64,000 nucleotides of DNA from an uncultured Mycoplasmatota bacterium (GTDB lineage Bacteria > Bacillota_I > Bacilli_A > RF39 > UBA660): contig CAMMMH010000002.1 of NCBI GenBank assembly GCA_946497955.1, forward strand, positions 22,496 to 86,495, written 5' to 3'. The position numbers and the translations under genes were made by a program. Numbering within the stretch: the first letter of the stretch is position 1; each line of letters opens with the position of its first letter. The notes beneath the pieces are model-generated. The model worked only from the letters and a program-made list of their open reading frames with translations, had not been told where the DNA came from and ran no database searches. This document shows positions 9,111 to 21,100 of this stretch, one piece after another.

Positions 9111-9128
9111 ATTTCATTAATCTACTGT

Positions 9129-12100
9129 TTAATCAGGATTAATTTCATCAGCAATAGTTTTAGTAATTTTCATATTAAGAGATTTCTCGTTAATTCTATA
9201 ATAACTATTATTTTCTGTCATACTAGATAATCTATCAATAACTCTATAAAGAGGAATATTTCGTTTAAGTAATACCCAACCTTTATTTTCTCCAGCATAA
9301 AGACCTGTTTTATAAGTAGGATCAAAATCTTCATCTAATAACCATTGAGCTAGAAAAGTTATTCCTTTAAATAAATCTTCAGGTCCATTAGTAGCAGCAA
9401 TAGGACTAGACCATAATGTAGAACCTTCACTTATAAGACCCCAAGGAGTATATATTTGAGATTCTAAAAGAAGTCTATCTGAAAGATAAATAGCAGTAGC
9501 TATTAATTCACTTTCTTTTTCATCATCATCATCTGTCATAGCATATATTGCAATACCCATTAACATAGCACTAACAACTCCGTATAAGTCTCCTAATGCT
9601 CTTTTACAAGCATTACGTTCCCATTGAGGCATTAAATTCCAATTAGTTCTTATATTAATAATAACATCTAAAGCTGATTTAATAGTTTCTTGTACAGATA
9701 CTATAGCTTTACTTTCTCCAGAATCAACTCGTTTATCAATTCTATCTTTAATCCCAACAAATTCTCTTCCAAGTAATCTAACAATAGCTGCATAAGAACC
9801 AATTTCTACAGTATTAGTTTGCTCATTATAATATCCTTTCCAACGAAATCTTTTCATTATACCAGGATATAAATGTTTATGATATTGCATCACAAGACCA
9901 CCCCACCAACTAAATTCTATACGAGCAGCTCCAATTTTATCATAAACTCCATGAATTTTCTTATTAAGAGCAATAGTTGTATTTCTTAATTCTATTAACA
10001 TTTCTTCAGTTAGTTCACTATTATCAGCAATTTTAATATTACCATCTTTAGTAAGTTCTAATTGATTAATAGCTATAGGTTTCTTATTCCATTTTTCTTT
10101 TGCTTTTTTAATTGCTTCATTTCTCTTAGTAATATATTCTTGTATTTGTTGTTTACTACAATGAGCTCTAAGAAATTCTTCAACAATATTGCGTTTAAAA
10201 GTATCATATTTATATTCTTCTTGTTTATCAGTTTTAATTTGTCGTTTTAATTCTCTTAAATCATCTAATAATAATTCATCATCTTTTATAATAGAAACAA
10301 GAGTATCATATTCAAGTTTCCAAATATAATTTTGGAATGTTCCACATCTTTTAGTTCCATCAACATCATCAAATATACGACTAGTTTTTAATACAGCAAA
10401 TAAAACTGAATTTTGCATGAAATGTTCACCACCAGATTGCAAACTATATAAAGCATTTCTAACTCTTCTAGTATATTCTCCAGCAGTTTCACCATCTATT
10501 CTTTCTGTCATTGCAGTAAAATCTACTACATTAAAATATTTAGTAAGAGCTACAGCAAAATTGTTACTTTTTTCTTTATAAGCATCTGTTATCATAGATA
10601 TTGAATTAGTTAAATACATATTAACTGCATCTAATAAATCTTTTTTATTAAAATTATCTCCAGCAAATGCTTCTCCCATAATATTAACAAAACCAGTTCC
10701 TACGTTAGCAATACCTCCAGTAACATTAAATATCATATATTTTGCAGATGTAATATTTCTAGCTAAATCAGCGTATTTATTTAATTTATTCTTTTCTTTA
10801 AATTGATCAAAAATAATACGACGAGTAAATGCTTCTACAGATTCTAAACTTCTATTTTGTTTAGTTGTGATAAATCTTTCATTAGTATCTGTACTTCCTT
10901 TTCTATCATTTATTAATCTTCCAGTTAATTTACTTACTTTATAGGCTTCATTATTTCTTAAATCTTCTTGTAATAAGTAAAGCCAATTTTTAGCTTTATT
11001 TTTAGCATTATTTATAACTTGTTGTTGAATAGCTTCTGCAAATATAGTTCTATAATCAGAACTCATTAAAGCATTATCTATCTCAAGATTTTTACGTCTA
11101 ATTTCATCATTACGCTCTTTAACATCTTTAAGATATTTTTGATATTCTTCTACAGTTTCATCTTCTCCTTTACTTCTTATTGGTTCTAATTTTTGATAAC
11201 CTTTTCCTTTTAATAAATGAAGCATATCATTTTCAACTAATTCATCATTAGTATAATCAATTTTATCTCCCCATTTATCATCAGAATCATTTCTATATTC
11301 TAATCCAACAGAGCCTAATGCTTGTTTAATAAACCATTTAGTATCAGTTTCAATTTTACGTTTTCTAGGAATAAAACCTTGATCTATAAATGAATTATTA
11401 GGATTATATTTTGAAAAGAAATTCATTGTTTCTTGAAGCAATTCTCTAACTTGTTTTTCTTTTTCACTTAATTTAGTAAAATTATTATATTCTCCAGTAG
11501 ACATGTTATAATTTGTTCCATATTGCCTATAATTAGGATTAACATATTCAGCTTTTACATCTTTTTCTTGATTTTCATTAGTTGGCACATAACTATAAGT
11601 TTCTTTTAAAGTTCCATTAGGATTAACTTTCATAGTTGTCCAAATACGAAGAGGTTCCCATTTATGCTTATATGGATTATAAACATGATTTAATTTAAAC
11701 CATTCATTAAAAGTTCCATTTTCAGTAGCTTTATGTAAAGCATCATAATAATATTCTGTAGGAACAAAATCTAAATTTTCTTCTATAAGTTTTCTAGCTT
11801 CTGTTTTTTCTAAATTAATATAAGTATCATCTTTTGGCACAATATATCCATAAATATCACTATTAGGAATATAATTACCTTTTTCATCAAGTTGAATTTC
11901 TCCAGATGCATCTATTTGTACAAATATATCTATGAAAGTATCAAAATTTTTAGTACCTTTAAGATTAGTTAAAGCCCAAACATATTCTTCATTAAATGCT
12001 GCATCGTTATTTTTAAATTCAACATTATTTTTAAATTTTTCTCTAAGTTCTTTAGATTTTCTTTTACCTTTAATAGATTTTAAAGCTCTATAAGATTCTG

Positions 12101-15100
12101 CTAGTTCTTCTCTTTCTTTTTCTGTTAATTTACTAAATATATCTTTAGCATGAATTCTTCCATCATCTCCAATACATTTACTAAGTAATTCATTAATTTT
12201 ACCAATAATTTTTAATCTTCTACGATTAATTCCTTCTTCATTTTCACTAGGATCTCTAAGCATTCTATAGAAACTATCTTCTAATATAGGCAATCCAGAA
12301 GGAATATCTTTAATTAATATTGCTTCTCCAGCATTACTATCATAACTAAAATCATATTTATGTTTAGTAAGATTTCGTATAGTTTCTAAATCTTTATCGC
12401 TAAGTTTACGAGGATCAATATTTCCAAAATCATCATAAGCCATAGCTTTATCAATAATATTTCTTATTTTTTTACTTTTAACATTATCTTTATCTTTTAA
12501 AAGATCAAATGCTTTTTCTATGGCTTTATTAGCAGTTTCATCTAATATATAATAAGAATTATCTTTAACCCATTCATATGCTTCTCTATATGATTCATCT
12601 TTTAATCTTTCATCTAAAGGCATATTAGGATTATTTTTTTCAAATCTATTTATAATTTTAAGATTATTTTCTAATGCTTCTTTAAATCCATATGCTTCAG
12701 TCCAATCAAAATATTCTTTATCTAGTTTACGTTTTTCTTCTATAAAAGTTCTTAATTGATTAGCTCTAAATATTTCTTCTTGACTTTTTAATGTTGAAGT
12801 ATCTCTATATTCAGAAATTAATTGATTTATTTTCTTATTTATTTCTTTTCTTCTATCTCTTTCTTCTTTAGTAAGAATACCAGTAGGTCTATTATCATTA
12901 TATAATTCATGAATAAGTTTCATATATTCAACATATTCATTAGGAGCATTATTAATAACAATTCTTATAAGTTCATTCTTTCTTTTATAGTAATCACTTA
13001 TAACAATTTGTTCAGTATTTTTTGCATACCATTCATCACGTTTAAGTTTAGCTTTTATATATTCTATACTATCTTCTCCATAAGTGTCTCTAGCTTCTTT
13101 AACAGTATTTATTAAATTATCTCTATCTATTATATATTTATCGCTATAAGATCTAATTAATCTTCCTTTGCTATCAATAATATTTTTCCAATCAAAATCT
13201 CCTATTGCATTTAATATAGCATCTAACTTATCAAGAAATTGTTGTTTTCTTTTTGGTGCATCTATCATCATAGCTCGAGTCATAATATTATTAACTATTT
13301 TAACAATAACTTGAATTTGTTTATTGCTAATCATGGCGGTATCTCCAATCCAAGATTCCCACCAACCAGAATCACCAAAAGTATCATTTAAATTAACAAT
13401 TCCTATACGAATATTAGGATTAGTAGAATATTCATTAGCTATATAATTATTAAACATTTTTTTAAATCCTTGTTTAACAATTTCATTATTTCTAATTTTA
13501 TTAATACTATTTCTAATTCGTTTAATATAATTTGTAGTATCACTATCTATACCTTCAAAAGGTAAACTCATAATTTCTCCAAAAGCATTTCCAAAAGTAA
13601 TAGAATCTAATAATATTTTAATAATAGGTTCAACTTCTTCTTTATGTTCTCTTAATATATTATATAATTTATCGTCTCCTAAACTATATTCTTCGTCATC
13701 TATTTTATAATGTTTAATCGCATTATCTAATATATTACTATTAAGTTCCATATATTGTGCCATAATAGAATATATACTTTTACGATTATTAATAAGATCT
13801 TTAGAATTATGTTCGTTTATTTGTTTCATATTAATAATACGTATTGCTCTAATAGCATTAGGATCGCCTTGTCTTTCAGCTCTTTTTAAATAAGTTATCA
13901 TGCTATTTGCAATTCTATCAACACCATCAAGATTTTCATTTTGTTTTACATAAAAATCAGTAATATCAGAAGTAATAGCAGCCATATCTGGAGCAATTTC
14001 AGAATTTCTTTCTTCAGTTTGTTGTTCAACTTGCTCTCTAACATTTTCATTTGTTAATATTTCAACTTTATAATAAGTAGAAAATGCAGCATAACCTTCA
14101 AAAGCATTTTTATAAGCATCTCTATATTCAATAGGTATTTCTGTTATATCTAATTCATTTCTACTATTAATAGAAGCTGCAAAATTTTTAGGTTGTTTTA
14201 CTTTAGTAATACTAACAGTAATTATATCATCTCCTATTGGAATATTTTGAATAACACTAACTCCTTTAGGTATTTGACTATTTATAAATTTAGAATTAGA
14301 ACGAACAACAATATATGCACCTCTCTCCTCTACAGGGGATTTAATATAATCATTTATATGACTTATAAATTTATTTACTTCATCTTTTTCAACATTTTTT
14401 CCATTATTTAATATTCTTCTAAATTCATCTTTATTTTCAAGTATTTCTCTTATACGAGAAAATTTAAATTTAGGTATAATATGTTCTTGATAATCATTTT
14501 CTATTTCTTGAATTCCAGAACCATCTTTTAATATTTCTTTAGCTGTAGTATTTAAATCTATAGCAGCATTAATTAAATTATTATAAAATTCAATATTTGG
14601 ATATTGATTATTAGTAGGATTAACACTAAAATCTCCAGTTTCATTTCTTTCTAATAAGTTTAAAGGAATAAGATATATTCCGTTATTAGTTTTTCTAATT
14701 TTATATAAAACTGTTTTACGTTTATTTTTTCCAATAGTTTTATTAATTCTAATATATTCTTGAGAACTATTAGGATCACTAACGTTTATTTCAGTTAATA
14801 AATCTTTTGCTCTTTCTTCAAAAGGAATAAATACTAAACTTTTACCTTGACTATAAGTGTCAAATTTATATGCTAAATTAGATATTCCATATTTAGTTTC
14901 TGATTTACCTAATCTAATTGTTTTAACATATTCACTATGACTACGAATAAATTTATCAATAAATGAAGTAGTAGCATTATCTATAGGATTATTATAAAAT
15001 TGAAAAAGTTCTCTAATTACAGGTATAATATTCATACCCATATCTTCAATATTTTTATACATTGCATTGTTAGTAATAATTTTACTAAGTGCTCCTTTTT

Positions 15101-18100
15101 TAAATTTAAAGCCTTCAACTGCAAATGCATATTTAATTAAATCAACAGTAGCTAATCTAATAATAGGACTAGTATTAAAGAAACTAGCATTAAAAGCTCT
15201 ATATACTTCTTCTATATTATCAATACTATCATTAAATCTAATACTATCTTGTGAATATCCTTTATTTTTATATTCATATTGATTATCTATATTAACATTT
15301 AAATATTCAAATATTCCTTTTTCATCAGTAAGATTAGTTTGTATCCATAATACTTTTTGTGCAGGAGTTAATTTATTAAATTCTTCTAATTCATCTTTAT
15401 TTGGATCATATATATCTTTTATTGATAGACTAATACCTATAGATTTTTCATATCCATATATTCTAGATATTTCTTTATTCCAATAATTTTCATTATTTTT
15501 AGTATGTCTTAATGTTGCTTCATTATCAATATTAATCCAACCTTCTTGTGTAACAGTTAAAGCAGTATTAATATATGGTATAGAACTATATAAATGACTC
15601 ATCATATATTGTTTATATTCTTTATACTGTTCATCAGTAAATATAATTCCTAATTTTTGTTGAACAAAATTTGTAATATTAGTATATTTTTTATTTTCAG
15701 TAGGAAATAATACACTATTAATATCAATACTAGGTTCTGTTGCATATTTAAAGAAAGCAGCTAAATATGGATATTTACTTTTTTCAACTTTTATGCCTTC
15801 TTTTGAATTAAATCCGGGATAAATAGCTTCAAGGAGATTTATATTTCCAACCTTAACTACATCATAAACAGGATTACTTGTATTAAACCCATATTCAGAT
15901 ATATTATCTTTAATCATTCTAGTAGCTCTAATAGTTTGTTTTGCTCCAAATCTATCAGGATTACTACATCTCATAATTTTTTCTAAACTTTTAGTAGTAT
16001 TATATATTTTTTCAAAAGTAAGAGCCATAGCTATATCAAAAGCAGCATCTCTAATTTGTTTATCTTCTTTAGATAATTCAGAATTATTAATTATTTCGAC
16101 CGATTCTAAGCGATTTTTTAGCTTGTTTACGTCTAAGCTAAATGTTATATTTTGGATTGGATTATTATTGTCTATTTCAGCCCCAAATAGCTCTTTAACG
16201 GCTTGCTGAAATCTTTTATCGGTATTTAATAATAACATTACAGTATTATAATCTGTATAATCAGTAATAGGATTACCACCAAGAGTAAAACCAGCATTAG
16301 TGGCAATTCGTTTAATAGCATTTTTAATAACATTACCTCCGCTATTTATATAAATACTATTTGTTTCATTATTTACTTCATTAATTATACTAATAGAAGG
16401 TTGCATTAAAAACGCAATAGCAGTTCTATAATCTATACCAGTATCTATAAGTGTTTTAAATGTTCCAAAAGTAAATTCGTTTTCATTATATATAGCTCCT
16501 TCTTTAATAGCATCAAGAATGTGAGCAGTTGTTTCAGAACTATATACTGTAATAAGTCTGCCAACAGCATTTCTATTATTATTACTATTTGCTAATTTAT
16601 AATGTTTAATTCTAAGTTTTACAGTGTCTTCTTTTTTTGCAGAAAGTTTTCCATTTTTATCTAATGGAATAACATCTCCTGTTTTTGTTTTTGGATCATA
16701 TAATGTATATGCAGATGTAATAGTATCATAATCATATATAAAATTTCCATCATTATCTTTAAGAGTTAAATCATATTCTACTATAATTTCATGACCTTTA
16801 CCTAATTCACTTTCTACATAATTATTAACACTATTAAATGTATCTCGAGTAACAGAAAATGCTTTTAATGAAGCACCGCTCATAGCATTTTCCATAAAAT
16901 CGATTTGATCAAAAAGATTATATGTACTACGACTTAATGAACTAGCTCCTCTAGCACTATTCATTTCTTTCATAGCATCAGTAATATCATCAAAATTACT
17001 TCTAGAATAATTTTCTTCTCTACTATTTTTATGAGCCATGATTTTAATCATGGCATCAAGAATATTATTATTTCTAACTTTACGAGGAAGTTTTTCAATA
17101 TCATCAAGGTTTTTAAATTCATTAAAAGTTAAAAGACCAGCTTCTTTTCCAATTTTATTTATTTCTGCATAATCTTTATTTTTAATAGCAATATTTAATC
17201 TTTTCTTTAACTCTTTATATTTATTAGGTTTTAAATCGTCATCTATATCAGAAGGAATTTTATTTTCAATATTTTCTCTAATATAATATTTATATTTAGC
17301 AATATCGCTTCCAACAGATTGTTCAGTCCATTTTTTAACATCAATTATATCTCCGTTTTTATTTCTTACAGCATATAATTCATGACATATAGCATAAACT
17401 GAATCGACATCAAAGTCTGCACCTGTTTGAGTAACCCATTCGTCAGGAAGCATAATTGTACTTCCATATACATCATCAAGGAACCCTACAACTTTTATAA
17501 TACTAACAGATTGTTTACCTTCTGTAGGAATACGATAAGCAATTTGAATATCAAGTCCTTCTTTTTCGAGTTGTTCTACAGGATAATTTTTAGGTATAAG
17601 ATTACTCCATCTAGGAATTAAAACTTCAGCATATGCTTCTTGTTTTACAGTATATTTACTTTTTTCTTCATTAGATAAATTATTATATATATCTTCTTCA
17701 ATAATTTCTCCATTTTCATTATTAGTAATAATTGCAGGGTGATATTTAAGTTCTCTTAATTTTCCATTACTATCTAAAACTTTCATACCATGACCAACTT
17801 GAGTAACCTGAGCAGCGTGCCAGCCAGGAAGTTTTTGTCTAGTAATATTACTATTAAATATGGCTTGAGCGATACTTTCAAGTTTACTACTAACATTATT
17901 CATATAATTTGGCATAATAGGATTGCCTAAATTATCTGGAGTAATATAATCGATAAAATTAGAATCAAGTCCTAATCTTTGAGCTTCATGTCTAGCTCTA
18001 CTATAAAAATCTGTAAAATCAAGAGTTTCTTTATCTCCATCTATATTAGAAATACTTCCATTTTTATTAATTTTCCAACCCATATTAAAAATCATTTTTT

Positions 18101-21100
18101 TAAAATCATCTTTAATATTAGCACAGTAATTATCAAAAAATTGCTTAATATTATCAGTTAATTCTTTATCTTTTTTATCAGCATTATCTATAATTTTTTT
18201 CATAATTTGAATACCTGCCTTATTTGTTTCATCTTTCATATGTTCAGGTACTTCTTGCTGCTTATATAAAAATCTATAATAGTAATCTTCAATAGCAGCA
18301 TAATTATTAGCTATAATGTCTGACTCAAAATTAGGATTTATGTCTCCATTATTATCCCAAAAAGTAAGAACATTTTTCTTAGCAGCTTTAGAAGTTTCAG
18401 CAGTATTAACTTGACCAATATCATATTTTATCATTATATCATATAATTGTTTAAGCTGAGTACCTTCTAATAATTCAGGTATAAGAACAAATTCTGCATT
18501 TTTAATTTGTCTAGGATAATAAGTTTTTGTAGCAGTATCAAATTGTTTATCAAAATAAAAGTTCTTTTGAATTTGAATACGAGCATTAATTTTAGCTAAA
18601 TCTAAATCTTCAATAGTTTTTTCTCCTTTACGAATTGCATAAATTTGAGAAAGAATATCTTGATATTGATTTAAAGTTCCATCAGCATATCTACGTCTAA
18701 TAAATTCTTCTAAAGTAATATAAGATTGTGCATCATTAGTTTTAGTATCACTTTTAAATCCACTATATATTTGTTGAGCAATTTTAGTTGCTTGCTCTTC
18801 ACTCATTTTTTCTTTAAGAATATCGAATATTTCTTTTCTAATTCTATCAGCATATTTACTTGGACCAACAGTATTATTAATAGTTATTGCTCTAAAACCA
18901 TTTCTAGCATTTTGAGATGTATAATAATCATTTGTTCCTTCTACAGGGGAATATGCACGAAGAAATTCCTGAATATTTACTCCAGCAACAGTAATAGGTT
19001 GTACTTTTCCATTTCTATCAATAACATCTTTTATTTTTTGACTTAAAGAATCATTAATATCAAATCCAGCATAAGATTTTCCAGCAGCTTGTACTTCTTT
19101 AGCTCGTTTTAAAAAATCTTGAGCATCTTTATAAAATTTTACATCTCCTTCAAATATATCATCAAAAGACATTGATATATTAGCATAATTAAGCATACAA
19201 TCAAAAATTTGTTCATATGATATAGTTTTAGGAGCAGATTCTATAAGTTTTCTATATTGTTGACTTCTACGAATAGTTTCTTTATTAAAACCTTTTATCC
19301 ATTGTTCTGTAATATTGTCTAAAACAGAATTAATTTCATTAGTTAAATTTAATACTAATCTGTCATTTTCTTCTCGTACAAGATTATTATTCATATTAAT
19401 AGTTCCAGACTTTTCAGTAAGCTGTATTAGACCTTCGTTAAATTCCCTGTAGAGGGAGAGTTGTTGTTCAATTAGTTCTTGTACATTAACTCCATCAGTA
19501 TTAAATAGTTTTCTAAAACTAAAGAAATTACCAGATAATCTTTTAACTTCTACTTTTTTACCATTTATTATTTTTTCTTCAGTTTTAATTAAAGTTTTAT
19601 TATAATGCGCTCTATCAATAAGTCCTACAGTATCTTTTCTTAATGTCCAATTACCTTTAGAATCTTTTATAAATAGATTATTTAATTGGTCAATAAAAGT
19701 ATTAAGTTCATTTAAAAGATTTTGATGTATTCCTAAAAATATAGGAACAGATTTATTTATAGTTGTTTCTATTTCTTCTTTTTCAATTCCTTCTTGAGTA
19801 ATTATTTCAGAAATTTCATCATAAAAATTATCACTCATATTATTTTCATTATTTCCAGTAATATCTTCTATAGAAATATTATATAAAATATTATTAGTTT
19901 CTCCTTGAACTTTATCTCCTTTTATCCAAATAATATCAGTTTCTCCTTTAGACGAATAAATTATAGGAATAGATACAGTTCCATCTTCATTATTGACACT
20001 ATACATACTATTATATTGTATATTATCAATATTACCATTTAATAAATTATATATATCTTTAGCAGTCCATATATTCTTTTTATTAACTATAGAACTATCT
20101 AAAATATATTCATTTCTCCAATCTACATATTTATCTTTATTTTCTGTTTTAATACCAAATTTTTCAATTTTACTTTTAACAGAATTTATATATTTAACTA
20201 CTGAAGAATAAACTGGACTAAGAATATTTGTTGAATTAAGTTTAGGAGCTTGAACAATAAAATTCTTAGGAGCATCAGAAGGAGTACGCATAAAATATCC
20301 AGCATATTTTTCTGATAAAATAATCGAAGATTCTCCTATATTTTCTCCAATAGAAATAGGAGTTAAATAAGTATATAAATTAGTTAAAAAATAATCTCCT
20401 TTTGACATTCTGTTATACAGTACAGCTTTACTATTATCACTATCTTTAATACCATTAAATAGACTTATTTGGATTATTTTGCGAGCATTTGGATTTACTT
20501 TTACATTTCCCATATTATCTCGCATAAATAAACCTTCAGAAACATAATGTCCTTTATTATCTTTTACACCCCAAAATAAAGGAGTATATTTATATTGTTC
20601 TCCTTTAGTAATTTCTTCCAATAATCTTTGTAAACCTGCATTAGAATCTTTTTTATTGCCATAAGCAATTTGTCTCATTATATTAGTAATATAATTGTTA
20701 TTAATAATATCAGATCCTAAATTTCCTTCTGCATTAACACTATTGAGATCATTTTTAACAGCCATATAATTAACTAACTTTTTAGCTATTTTAATTATAG
20801 GACTATTAAGTCTATCATATTTTACTTCAGACATATCCCTAATAGGAGCTTCTTTAGTAAATGATTTATAAGGATCAGATTGTTCAAAATGAAGTTTATC
20901 TTGAGACCATTCATAATATGCTGTTTTATAAGCTTGATCTGCCTTATTATATTCTTCTATTGTAGTTTCTATTTTATCAAGAAATTCATTTAAATTATCA
21001 ATAATAGAATCTATATTATCTTTTACTGTATTAGTATTATTATATAAATATCCTTTTAATGATACTATAGTAAGTTTTGGATAATATTTTTTTAATATAT

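Noticed and set aside
10062-20211. Eight short + strand ORFs (60-106 aa) inside the giant ORF (for example 10062-10250, 12909-13115, 18726-19046)
   Set aside because: All are antisense to a continuous 13.5-kb ORF. They have Phe/Ile/Asn-rich junk-like translations typical of the complement of AT-rich coding DNA.
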